Source: Ignavibacteria bacterium (GTDB taxonomy: Bacteria > Bacteroidota > Ignavibacteria > Kapaibacteriales > UBA2268). Taken from it: 64,000 nucleotides of DNA. Shown here piece by piece: positions 33,331 to 43,041 of this stretch. Both the position numbers and the translations under genes were made by a program. How positions within the stretch are numbered: position 1 is the first letter of the stretch; each line of letters starts with the position of its first letter. The notes beneath the pieces were generated by a model. The model was not told the origin of the DNA. It was given only the letters and a program-made list of their open reading frames with translations, and made no database searches. The stretch spans positions 21,122 through 85,121 of the forward strand of contig JAOAEE010000023.1 in assembly GCA_026416955.1 (NCBI GenBank), written 5' to 3'.

Positions 33331-34734
33331 ATGAAAAACTATCTATTATACTTTTTACTCATTGTGACTTTTGGCTCTTTTCTTGGTTGTGGTACTTTTC
33401 ATACACGAACCGAGACCGAGACATACACCATCGTTGTCCGCGACACGCTAAACCAAATCGAAGTCAAGAACCATCCCGGGCGACAAGATTATGGTGTTGT
33501 ATACCCCTCATCTAAAATTCTCCACTCCACTCGAGAAATAGTTACAAGAGATAGTATTGTAGAAAGATACTATCCAAATTTCATTCGACTTGGTGTATTC
33601 GAAAGTGTAGGTTTGATTGGAACAAGCAAAACCGACCAACTTGGTGCCGGTATTTTTGGAATTTTTCGCGAAATAGAGGATTACCCATCGACGGACAATG
33701 GGTACAAAAACAAATTGTTTTCTGGTGGATACTATCGCTTCGGAATTGGAGAATGGAGATTACGATGGTTTAGGGATGCAAAGAATTGGACAATAGGAAC
33801 TTGCCTTTTCGAATTTTTAGCATCGGACAATATTCGCAAAAACACTCTTGCTGGAGTTTTTCCACTGTACATTAAAAAAAGGTTTTTCGTTTCGGAAAAA
33901 ATCCCATATCTAGCAATTTCCCCTTCGTTTGGTTTTGGTCTTTACCCTTCACAATATGTTAATCTTAACGCAGCTGTTGAACTTGGCTCGCTTGGAGGCT
34001 TGAACTTACGATTATATGGGGGATTTGCGATTGGTCAAAATCCCAAAGGCTTTCCAATGAACGACCGAATTAATGCAGAAACCCAAACCATTTCTACACC
34101 ATACCTTGGTGTTGGTATTTCATTCCTCGATTTTGTCAATATTGTTCCAGAACTTTATACTGAATGGAAAGACCATCCTCATTCTTCTTGGAATATTGGA
34201 GTTCTTCAATTTAGTTTGCTTCACACCAACTCCGACACAAGTTTAGGGAAAAACACAAAATCGCTTGTAAAGGGGCTTTATTTTCGTCTACTACCAGCGT
34301 CAATCTCAATTCCAATACTTAATAATGGATTTTACTTTGGCACATCATTGCTCAATGCTTTCCTTTTTGGGTTAAAAGATATTGGAATTGGTGTTCTTCC
34401 ATTCCGACTTGGTTATTGGCACGTTATTCTTCCAGACGAACTTTCTATCGAACCATTTATAGAATACAATTATTATCCATCGACATTTATACACTTTGGG
34501 AATCGCTTCAATTTGAAAATAAGCGAAACATTCAATTTTTCTTTCATATTGGGCTATGTTAACGGCAATAACGATAGGTTTTTAAAGAAAATAAATCGGG
34601 ATATGAATGATTTATTTGATTTCACACCCTATGCAACTTTTTCACGGTATTATATTGGGATATCTATCGGAATTATCGATAGAATTTTCCAACCCGAAGA
34701 GTTGCGATACAACAAGGAGGAATGGAAAAAATGA
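33331..34734 (+). CDS. hypothetical lipoprotein, possibly an outer-membrane beta-barrel
   Basis: 467 aa. The signal LIVTFGSFLGCGT contains a lipobox. The sequence is rich in alternating aromatic/Gly strands. I recognise no family. Confidence 0.6.
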   Translation: MKNYLLYFLLIVTFGSFLGCGTFHTRTETETYTIVVRDTLNQIEVKNHPGRQDYGVVYPSSKILHSTREIVTRDSIVERYYPNFIRLGVFESVGLIGTSKTDQLGAGIFGIFREIEDYPSTDNGYKNKLFSGGYYRFGIGEWRLRWFRDAKNWTIGTCLFEFLASDNIRKNTLAGVFPLYIKKRFFVSEKIPYLAISPSFGFGLYPSQYVNLNAAVELGSLGGLNLRLYGGFAIGQNPKGFPMNDRINAETQTISTPYLGVGISFLDFVNIVPELYTEWKDHPHSSWNIGVLQFSLLHTNSDTSLGKNTKSLVKGLYFRLLPASISIPILNNGFYFGTSLLNAFLFGLKDIGIGVLPFRLGYWHVILPDELSIEPFIEYNYYPSTFIHFGNRFNLKISETFNFSFILGYVNGNNDRFLKKINRDMNDLFDFTPYATFSRYYIGISIGIIDRIFQPEELRYNKEEWKK

Positions 34735-35369
34735 AGAAGTACATATTTTTTGCATTCTTTGGAGTAATCTTATACTCTTGCTGCTCTCCAAGAAGTGGAG
34801 AAAGTATTCCTTTGTTGAGTTCCAACTTTCGGGGTTATATTGGTTCGGCTCCGGAATACTTCATTTTGAACTGTGGATACGAAAATAAAATTTTAGGAAC
34901 AAAATTTGGTAATCCAGACTCTGTGTATGTTATAAACGATAGATTAACTATTTCCCCGGGGAATATGGTCTCTCTCTATGTCGAAGGAATAAATACTATG
35001 GATGCTGACTTTTACTTACACGTTCCTTATGGCGACGGTGTGCGTTTTTATTTTCGTGCGCCCGGAAAAGATTTTGAAAAATTCCCGAAACTAATTTTTG
35101 AGTACACAGTCCGTGGCAGTAAGGTATTTGAAGATAAAAAACTTCTCGCAAATGTAGACTCGGTTAAGTTAGACAACAATAAACAAAGTAGAATTTTCAT
35201 TCAAAACGAAGGGGAAATAGTCCACGTAATTGTTGGAGTAGATACAGTTTTCCAAGGTCGAACTAAACTACCCTTGTCTGAATTCATCTACGTTGAACCT
35301 ATCAACTCTAAAGTGGTTATTGATGATGTATATTTTTATCAACTTGTAGAAAAATCTTACATTTACTAA
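34731..35369 (+). CDS. hypothetical lipoprotein
   Basis: MKKYIFFAFFGVILYSCCS is a lipobox signal. The ATG at 34731 forms an ATGA overlap with the upstream stop and lies 10 nt after AAGGAGG. The ORF-track ATG at 34722 is only 1 nt from that SD. Confidence 0.65.
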   Translation: MKKYIFFAFFGVILYSCCSPRSGESIPLLSSNFRGYIGSAPEYFILNCGYENKILGTKFGNPDSVYVINDRLTISPGNMVSLYVEGINTMDADFYLHVPYGDGVRFYFRAPGKDFEKFPKLIFEYTVRGSKVFEDKKLLANVDSVKLDNNKQSRIFIQNEGEIVHVIVGVDTVFQGRTKLPLSEFIYVEPINSKVVIDDVYFYQLVEKSYIY

Positions 35370-35781
35370 CAATAAAATAACACCATTTATTCTTGTTTTA
35401 TTACAACTTTTTACCTTTTTCAAACCAAATCTCACTAAAAATTTTATTAATATTTTTAGTAACTTTTTGCAATTTCATTTTCTTTTTTAATATTTGCTAC
35501 TGGAATTTAACTCTGATGTTAAAATTTGTAAAGACTTAATTTAATACGCTTCATTCCTTCTTACTAAATTTAACGTCATGTTAAATACCCTTTTTCAAAT
35601 TAAATAATGAGGATGTAATGGAACATCTTTCAAGGGATTGGGTAAAATAACATTTATTATCGCAGATTTCATTAAAAACCAAAGGAAAAAACTTAGTAGT
35701 AATCTTCATTTTTTTGTTCTACTTGCTAAAAATTTTCTTTAGTCTAATTTCAAATGTTTTCAAAAATTAGTTGGAGGTAAA

Positions 35782-36669
35782 ATGAAAAAATTATTCTTTT
35801 TTTTCTTGTTAATTGGGTTATTTTATTCCTAAACCTATTCGCAATGGAAGCCAGCAAATAATGGACTAAGTAATCCAAAAGTTTCTTGCTTTGCTGTTAG
35901 CGGAAATTACATCTTAATAGGAACCGAAGGCAATGGAATCTACTTACCGACTAACAACAGTTATAGTTGGAGCGAGAAAAATAATGGATTAAAAAACAAG
36001 TATATTCGAACCTTCAAGTTCAAAGGAAACAATATTTTTGCTGGAACATACTACGATGGTGTTTTAATTTCGACCGATTATGGAGAAACTTGGGTCGAAA
36101 AGAATAACGGCTTAACTAACTTCGACGTTTGGGCTATCTTAGTTAAAGAAAATATTCTTTTTGCAGGAACTTATGGGGAAGGGCTGTTCGCTTCGACAGA
36201 TGAAAGCGAAAGCTGGGTGCCCAAAAATAATGGGCTGACTACTCCCGATATTTGGTGGCTTGCAACAAACTGCGATTATATATATGCTGGAACAGCTGGT
36301 GGTGTCTTCCGCGCAAAAATATCCGATTTTGGCTTTTCGAAATTTGATTATGAAAAAAATTATCCTTCGGTTACTATTTTTCCAAACCCTATCCAAAATA
36401 ACTTTTTCATAATTAAGAACAATTCCAACTCCGCTAACATAACTATCCTAAATCAAATTGGGGAAAATGTCTACTCAAGTTTAATGCGAACCGAAGTAAG
36501 TTATTTATTCGTCCAATTCGAGAATTTTTCTTCTGGAACATATTTTCTGTGTATTACTTATTCCAATGGAAAAATAGTAGTTGTTAAATTTTTCAAAGTT
36601 AAATTAACCACATATTATTTTAATTTCTTTGGAAAGAAGAAGTTTAAAACAAATATGTTCAAGTTGTAA
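35782..36669 (+). pseudogene. Asp-box (BNR-like) repeat protein with T9SS C-terminal sorting domain, interrupted by an in-frame TAA after the signal peptide
   Basis: GGAGG-taaa-ATG, then MKKLFFFFLLIGLFYS, then TAA at 35830-35832. The same frame then stays open to 36669. It encodes four repeats of about 41 aa, each beginning NNGL and containing STDYGETW-type Asp-boxes. The C-terminal domain has FPNPIQNNFFII...GTYFLCITYSNGK. No ATG, GTG or TTG occurs in frame between 35833 and 36216. Confidence 0.75.
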
Positions 36670-36752
36670 ATAATCTCTAAAAATTCTTAATCACAATTCA
36701 AATAAAATTAAATATTGCAACTTCGAAAATAGTACAATATTCAGTTTCTTTC

Positions 36753-38597
36753 TTATTTTTCAGCGATTTTTTGCTTAACTTCATTAATTTTAGGTTCAAG
36801 GTTCCTATAAATTTCTAATGCTTCGTTTCGATTGTTCCGATAGTAATCTAATAATGCATTATAGGAGCTAATTCGCAAACCAACATACTCATTCAGTAAT
36901 TCAATCTTCTCCTTGTAACTTGGAGCAATGTTCAGACTATCAAGTCCTTTTAATAAATTTTTACATTCGGACCAAGCACGATTCCCATTTTCCAAAGAAT
37001 TAATTAACACATCTTTCGAAGCGTTCACATCTAGAAAATCATAATACTTTAAAGCTTCGCTTTCATATCTGCTGAACTTCTTTAACCTAAAAAGGTAAAT
37101 AAAATTATGTGGTATCCATACTTCTGGAATTGTAATAATTGTATCTTTTTTTATGATATCTGTTAATTTTAAATAAGAGGCAACTAAACTATCTTCTACT
37201 TCGATTGGATAATTGACTTGCGAAAATATTGTTTTTAGATGCTTATAAGATTCCAACCAAGTTGAATAATAATCTTCCATATATTTTGCTAGTTTCAGAT
37301 TAGTCTCGTTTAACTTGAGATTTGATGAACTCTTGATAAGTTCGAGGCACTTTCTAAAGGATTCAATATCGGCATTAATTGCACTTAAAAAAAGTGTGTC
37401 CGATGCATTTGGATTATCTTTCAACAATCCGAAAAAAGTTTGCGAAGTATTGGATATTGAGTCGGTTTGATGTAAAATTTCCAGCCACTTTGCTCTATAA
37501 TCTGGTGTCGTTCTTAAAGCATAAACCGATACAGCAAGCCCAATAATAATTGGCAAAAAAATAGTTATTGGTTTCAACTTTTCCCCAGTTTTTGCTACAT
37601 CGAGCAAGAAAACCAATCCAACAAAAACTCCGGAAATAAAACCACCCAAGTGCCCAGAATTATCAACATTTGGGTCTACCAACCCGCTTGCAAGAGTGAA
37701 AATTACTAAGGCAACAATATCGTAAAAGAACTTTTTCCTTATACTTACTCTTCGAAAAGCTAAGAGAACAAAGAAAATTGCATACAAACCAAGAATTCCC
37801 CCAGATGCACCAATGCTTACCACAAAATGGTTGTTTATAGTCGATATCGCAGCACCAATCACTCCTGTAACAATAAATGCAACTAGAAATCTTAGACTAC
37901 CAACTCTGGGTTCAAGCAAAGTCCCAATAGAAATCAGCGCTGCAACATTTGCAAAAAGGTGCTCGAGATCACTATGCAAAAAAATACTTGAGAGCAAACG
38001 CCACCATTCCCCGTTCAAAGTTTTAGTTGGGAAATTCCCACCAGATTTTATCAATATTTCTGCTTCAATATCAAAAAAATTAGCACCATTAAAGATAACA
38101 ACCAAAAGATAATAAATAATGTATGCTAAAATCAGAAGAGAAGTAAAGACAACTCCACCTTGTTTCGAGGTTTCAGTTACGATTTCTTCCAATTTTGTTT
38201 GTATTGAGAAAAGTTCTGATTCACTTATCTCTTGTTGAAGTTCATAAATCTTTGTAATGAAATTGTCAATTCTTTTTAGAAGTAAACTCTTATTTCGAAA
38301 AAGACCTAAGTTCGAAAAAAAATTAAAATCGAGTTTAGCAATTTCACCTTCAACACAAATTTTAACCATATAGGGCATATTATATCTGTACTTAAGGATA
38401 TTATTTTCTGTTTCCCTTAAAACATCTTCCGAAGGTTTTCCGTCTAACTTCGCAGTAATGCAATCATTTTCAAAAGAATCTATTTCGTAGCCCAATTTTT
38501 CCAAAGCCTCGACGAAAAAAGGCAGTAGCGAAGTACTTGAATATGTTAAATCTGAAAGTTCAACTTGAAACTTGTTGTTAATAATGTAATTTCCCAT
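36753..38597 (-). CDS. rhomboid-family intramembrane serine protease with large N- and C-terminal extra domains
   Basis: The core reads GEWWRLLSSIFLHSDLEHLFANV...GASGGILGLYA...SGHLGGFISG, giving the rhomboid HxxxN, GxSG and H motifs. It is flanked by about 150 aa on the N-terminal side and about 260 aa on the C-terminal side that I do not recognise. Confidence 0.85.
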   Translation of the reverse strand: MGNYIINNKFQVELSDLTYSSTSLLPFFVEALEKLGYEIDSFENDCITAKLDGKPSEDVLRETENNILKYRYNMPYMVKICVEGEIAKLDFNFFSNLGLFRNKSLLLKRIDNFITKIYELQQEISESELFSIQTKLEEIVTETSKQGGVVFTSLLILAYIIYYLLVVIFNGANFFDIEAEILIKSGGNFPTKTLNGEWWRLLSSIFLHSDLEHLFANVAALISIGTLLEPRVGSLRFLVAFIVTGVIGAAISTINNHFVVSIGASGGILGLYAIFFVLLAFRRVSIRKKFFYDIVALVIFTLASGLVDPNVDNSGHLGGFISGVFVGLVFLLDVAKTGEKLKPITIFLPIIIGLAVSVYALRTTPDYRAKWLEILHQTDSISNTSQTFFGLLKDNPNASDTLFLSAINADIESFRKCLELIKSSSNLKLNETNLKLAKYMEDYYSTWLESYKHLKTIFSQVNYPIEVEDSLVASYLKLTDIIKKDTIITIPEVWIPHNFIYLFRLKKFSRYESEALKYYDFLDVNASKDVLINSLENGNRAWSECKNLLKGLDSLNIAPSYKEKIELLNEYVGLRISSYNALLDYYRNNRNEALEIYRNLEPKINEVKQKIAEK

Positions 38598-38706
38598 AAA
38601 AAACCTTTATGAAAAATAAAACAAAAATTTTCCAAAGGGAAAGACATTGGACAAAAAAATCAAAAATAGTAAAAAAATAATTCAGATTAGGAGTGAGATA
38701 AAAAAA

Positions 38707-40002
38707 TTAATTTGTTTTTCTTTTATTTTGCTGAACTTTGTATTCCAACTCTAAAATCTTTAATTCTTCATCGAAAAGCGATTTCCCTCGCCTCGACATC
38801 ATTGCTTGAATGGAACGGATAGTTCTTTCGAAACTACCCAAAGTGCTTTGCGTCTTATTACCACCCCAAGTAAACGATGGGATATATTTGGAAAGCAGCC
38901 CAGAATTGTAAAGATTACAGCAAATACCAGTAATAGTTCCAGTGTTAAACGAAGTATTAATTGCAGTACGTGAATGGTCGCCAAGTATTAAGCCAAGGAA
39001 TGTTCGACCAGTATCGAAGGTTTCATTTTCAATACGAACGGATACGGTTTCGTAAGTGTTCTTCAAATCTGATGTAGTTGTACCAGCACCTAAATTACAC
39101 CATTCACCGATATATGAATGCCCAACAAATCCAAGATGTTGTTTGTTTGAATATGAATGAAAAATTGAATTTTCGATTTCACCCCCAACTTTACAGACTT
39201 CGCCGATACTTGTTCCTTGATAAATAAAAGACCCAGTTTTAACAACAGAGTTCCTACAAATTGCGACTGGCCCTTCGATGTACGAAAATGGTTGAATGGT
39301 AACATTTGCATCGATAATGATTGGTCCTTTTTCGGCATTCAAAACAACATTTGGCATTATGTTGCAATCGTTCGAAATTTTGATATTTGTTTCATTAATA
39401 ATTGCTACATTCTTTGCTCGAAGGTAATCAAAATCAACTTGATTTTCGAAGTAGCGAAAATCGTCTTCAATTGCCTTGGAATTTAACTCAATTGCATCCC
39501 ACAAAAAATTTATTACATTTGGAATAGGAATAGAAACTTTTGGTAGCTTTTCGAAATACTTCCTTAGAAGTATCTCATAAAATTTAATATCGAACTCGTT
39601 GGGATTAATCATCTCGTCGGAAGTAATATAGAACCCAATTGGTACATCATTCACCACAAATACGCAAGACTTTGTAGTTGTCGTTTGTCGAATAAATTCC
39701 CCGTAAGAAATATTTAAATTTTTCCAAAGTTTCTCTTCTGGAAGTATACCAGAGTTGAGGACCAAAAGGTTGCTTTGCTGAATTTGATTATTTTCTATAC
39801 CAAACTTTTTCAAAAAAAGATTTAAATAGGTTTCCCGATTAGTATAAAAAACAAGTTTAGCAGAAGGAAATTCCTTTTGAACCTTTTCGAACAAACGCAA
39901 AGCACCACACCGAACTTCCCATTGGGTATGAAGAAGATAAAAAGGATAAAGGCTTCGAAAATAATCATTTTCGAATAATAAAATAGTTTCTGGCTTTATC
40001 AT
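38707..40002 (-). CDS. putative sugar nucleotidyltransferase with a left-handed beta-helix (GlmU-like alternative family)
   Basis: 431 aa. Hexapeptide-repeat region: ...HLGFVGHSYIGEWCNLGAGTTTSDLKN... Its start forms an ATGA overlap with the FKBP gene stop. Confidence 0.65.
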   Translation of the reverse strand: MIKPETILLFENDYFRSLYPFYLLHTQWEVRCGALRLFEKVQKEFPSAKLVFYTNRETYLNLFLKKFGIENNQIQQSNLLVLNSGILPEEKLWKNLNISYGEFIRQTTTTKSCVFVVNDVPIGFYITSDEMINPNEFDIKFYEILLRKYFEKLPKVSIPIPNVINFLWDAIELNSKAIEDDFRYFENQVDFDYLRAKNVAIINETNIKISNDCNIMPNVVLNAEKGPIIIDANVTIQPFSYIEGPVAICRNSVVKTGSFIYQGTSIGEVCKVGGEIENSIFHSYSNKQHLGFVGHSYIGEWCNLGAGTTTSDLKNTYETVSVRIENETFDTGRTFLGLILGDHSRTAINTSFNTGTITGICCNLYNSGLLSKYIPSFTWGGNKTQSTLGSFERTIRSIQAMMSRRGKSLFDEELKILELEYKVQQNKRKTN

Positions 40003-40424
40003 TCTACTTTGACCAGTTCTACTTCAATAATCAATTTCGAATTGGGTGGAATTCCACGATACGAATGTGCACCGAAACCAAGTTCTGGCGGTATTATCAA
40101 AATTCTTTTGCCCCCTACCCGCATAGTCGAAACACCTTCTTCTAATCCTTCGATAGCATCCTTATTTCCAAGCGTAAATGTCATCGGTATTCCGCTTTTG
40201 TAAGTGTCTTCGATAATTGTTCCGTCCTCGAGTTTCATAATAAAATTAATTGTAACCCTTTGTCGGGGTTTAGGCATTTCACCGCGTCCTTCGTAAACAT
40301 CAGAATATTGCAAGCCACTCGGGGTTGTTCTCCAATTCTCTTCTTTAGAACTACCCACCTTGCTTGTCCTACAAGAAACGAAAACAAGAGATGCTATTAA
40401 TACAAAAAGAACAAACAGTCTCAT
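39999..40424 (-). CDS. FKBP-type peptidyl-prolyl cis-trans isomerase (lipoprotein)
   Basis: The signal [10 protein letters not shown] is followed by [16 protein letters not shown]...[29 protein letters not shown]... Its start forms an ATGA overlap with the pyrG stop. Confidence 0.9.
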   Translation of the reverse strand: MRLFVLFVLIASLVFVSCRTSKVGSSKEENWRTTPSGLQYSDVYEGRGEMPKPRQRVTINFIMKLEDGTIIEDTYKSGIPMTFTLGNKDAIEGLEEGVSTMRVGGKRILIIPPELGFGAHSYRGIPPNSKLIIEVELVKVE

Positions 40425-42061
40425 AATTCCTCCAACTTTATTTCTTTTTCTTTCCTTTTCCTTAGTGCGGCCTTAATGAACCCAATAAAAAGAGGTGCTC
40501 CGGTAACTGCACGCGATTTCAATTCTGGGTGGAATTGAACACCCACGAACCAAGGATGGTCTTTCAACTCTATCATTTCCACCAAAGTACCATCGGGAGA
40601 TACCCCACTCATAATCATACCGTATTGCTCAAAAATATGACGAAACTCATTGTTCACCTCATATCTATGCCTATGCCTTTCGTAAATTAATTCTTGATTA
40701 TACTCGGAAAAAGCCAGTGTCCCCGGAAGTATCCGACAAGGGTACTGACCAAGTCGCATTGTTCCACCTTTGTTGAATACTTTTTTCTGTTCCTCCATCA
40801 AATCAATTACATTATACTTGGTTTTAGAATCGAATTCAGTAGAATTAGCCCCCGAAAGTCCACACACATTTCGAGCAAATTCAATTATTGCACACTGCAT
40901 TCCTAAACAAATTCCAAAAAAAGGAATTTTATTTTCTCTAACGTATTTGATTGCACTAATTTTTCCTTCAATACCTCTTTTACCAAAACCGGGCCCAACA
41001 AGCACAGCATCTAAATCCTTCAAAATAGTTTCTACATTTCCCTTTTCAAGTTCCTCCGAATCAATCAATTCAACATCGACAGCAGTATTGTTAATGGAAC
41101 CAGCGTGAACAAACGCTTCCAATATACTTTTGTACGAATCCCTATAGCGTACATACTTACCAACTAAGCCCACTTTTACACGGTGTCGGGGATTTTTTAT
41201 CCTTCTTACAAATGTTTTCCACTCCTCCAAGTCTAAATTCTTTGGTTCTACGTTAAGTTTTCGTAGCACAATCTCGTCGAGATTACTTTTAGACAAAATT
41301 AAAGGAACTTCATATATAGTATCTACATCGTAAGCATCGATTACAGATTCTTCGTCGACATTGCAAAACAACGAAATTTTGCTTTTTACATCTTTCGACA
41401 ATTTTGCCTCGCTTCGACAAAGAATAATATCTGGTACAATTCCGTGTTCCATCAATGCTTTGACAGAATGCTGAGTAGGTTTGGTTTTCAATTCGCCAGC
41501 ACTTCTAATGTAAGGAACATAAGTAAGGATAATATTCAAAGCATTATTCATCCCCCGCTCGATAGCAAATTGTCTTGCAGCTTCTAAAAAAGGCAACGAC
41601 TCGATGTCGCCAACAGTTCCGCCTATCTCCACAATTACGAAATCATATTCACCATCAAAATATGCTATTCTCCTTTTAATTTCGTCGGTAATGTGCGGTA
41701 TAACTTGAACAGTTTTTCCAAGATATTGACCTTCTCTTTCTTTAAGAATGACTGTGTAGTAAACTTGACCAGCAGTTGTATTATTGTGTCGGCTCAATGA
41801 ATAACCAAGAAACCGCTCGTAGTGTCCCAAATCTAAATCTGTTTCTGCACCATCGTCCGTAACATAAACTTCTCCGTGTTGGAATGGATTCATAGTTCCC
41901 GGGTCAACATTAATATATGGGTCGAGTTTCATAATTGTAACTTTAAATCCTCGTTGTTTCAAAAGTAATCCAAGAGATGCCGCGGCAATCCCTTTCCCCA
42001 ACGAGGAAACCACTCCACCATAGACAAAAATATACTTAGTTTTTCTTTCGCTTTTTTCCAT
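40421..42061 (-). CDS. pyrG: CTP synthase
   Basis: 546 aa. [17 protein letters not shown] is the N-terminus. The glutamine amidotransferase segment reads GICLGMQ...HRHRYEVN. Confidence 0.97.
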   Translation of the reverse strand: MEKSERKTKYIFVYGGVVSSLGKGIAAASLGLLLKQRGFKVTIMKLDPYINVDPGTMNPFQHGEVYVTDDGAETDLDLGHYERFLGYSLSRHNNTTAGQVYYTVILKEREGQYLGKTVQVIPHITDEIKRRIAYFDGEYDFVIVEIGGTVGDIESLPFLEAARQFAIERGMNNALNIILTYVPYIRSAGELKTKPTQHSVKALMEHGIVPDIILCRSEAKLSKDVKSKISLFCNVDEESVIDAYDVDTIYEVPLILSKSNLDEIVLRKLNVEPKNLDLEEWKTFVRRIKNPRHRVKVGLVGKYVRYRDSYKSILEAFVHAGSINNTAVDVELIDSEELEKGNVETILKDLDAVLVGPGFGKRGIEGKISAIKYVRENKIPFFGICLGMQCAIIEFARNVCGLSGANSTEFDSKTKYNVIDLMEEQKKVFNKGGTMRLGQYPCRILPGTLAFSEYNQELIYERHRHRYEVNNEFRHIFEQYGMIMSGVSPDGTLVEMIELKDHPWFVGVQFHPELKSRAVTGAPLFIGFIKAALRKRKEKEIKLEEL

Positions 42062-42237
42062 TTTTTATTTTATAAATGAAACTAAATTAAGAAAAGAAAC
42101 CGAATAAAGATTTAAAGAATAAATTTGAAATATTCTTGCCAAAATTTTTTCAAAAACAAAACAAAGATAATTTTTCTTTTTTTTCCTTATTTTAACTCAA
42201 AATAACGGTAGAACAGAAACATTTGACTTGATAAAAT

Positions 42238-42270
42238 AAAAAAAAGGGGCTTTACAAAGCCCCTTTTTTG
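42238..42270 (-). terminator. rho-independent terminator after the DUF1573 gene
   Basis: The GGGGCTTT/AAAGCCCC hairpin is flanked by an A8 run and a T6 run. On the minus strand the stem is followed by 8 T. It lies about 25 nt downstream of the stop at 42292. Confidence 0.8.
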
Positions 42271-42291
42271 CAAGTTAATTAGGAAAAATTT

Positions 42292-42993
42292 TTAGTTATT
42301 GAACAATGGACTTTCTTTAACATTGCCATAACCAGGAATGATAATTTCTTTTTGGTCCGGATTGTTTGTTTTGATTTTTACTGAACAGTTAAAATAGCCT
42401 TTTTTATCGGGAACAACTTTTGCAACGATATCATAACTTTCGCCAGCCTTCAAAACTAATTTCTTGGGAAGATTAACATTTAAATTCTCGGGAACAACTT
42501 GAACTTCGGACAAGGTAATGTTTTCATTAGTGTTGTTCTTCAATGTAACTTTTGCTTGGGCTTCTTGTCCTACGGTCATTTCGTTAAAAGTGAAATATGA
42601 AGTTGGAGTTATCGAAATTGGATAAAAAACATTTGCTTTTAAGTATAAGTATTTATTTGGGTTATTCGGGTCGTTAGAAGCAATACGAATACTTTTAACA
42701 ACGTTTCCCGAAGTCCCAGTAATTCTTAGAGTAACATCCAATGTTGCTTCCTCGCCGGGTTTTAACTCGTTTTTATCCAATGGTGCGGTCGTACATCCAC
42801 AGCCGGGTTTAACTTCAGTGATTTTCAAAAGCTCGTTTCCGACATTTTTAATTTTTATCTTTGCCTTTAATGGGTCTTGGGTTGGTTTAACTGTACCCCA
42901 ATCATAACTATCCCCACCAACTATTTCGATTTTAGGTTGAGCAAATAATAGGAATGGGAAAGACAACAACAAAAGAACAAAATATCTTTTCAT
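42292..42993 (-). CDS. DUF1573 domain protein (secreted, tandem Ig-like domains)
   Basis: The signal peptide LLSFPFLLFAQ is followed by ...VKPGCGCTTAP..., the hallmark I remember for DUF1573. Confidence 0.8.
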   Translation of the reverse strand: MKRYFVLLLLSFPFLLFAQPKIEIVGGDSYDWGTVKPTQDPLKAKIKIKNVGNELLKITEVKPGCGCTTAPLDKNELKPGEEATLDVTLRITGTSGNVVKSIRIASNDPNNPNKYLYLKANVFYPISITPTSYFTFNEMTVGQEAQAKVTLKNNTNENITLSEVQVVPENLNVNLPKKLVLKAGESYDIVAKVVPDKKGYFNCSVKIKTNNPDQKEIIIPGYGNVKESPLFNN

Positions 42994-43041
42994 AATTAAT
43001 CCCCAAAATTGTTAATAAATATTAACGAACTTTATGTATTC

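Noticed and set aside
35830-35832. Possibility that the in-frame TAA is read through or reassigned (alternative genetic code)
   Set aside because: TAA is the ordinary terminator of many well-supported genes in this window (for example rpoC, maf, the MTase and vWA-OmpA). A code change is therefore not credible, and nonsense mutation or sequencing error is simpler.
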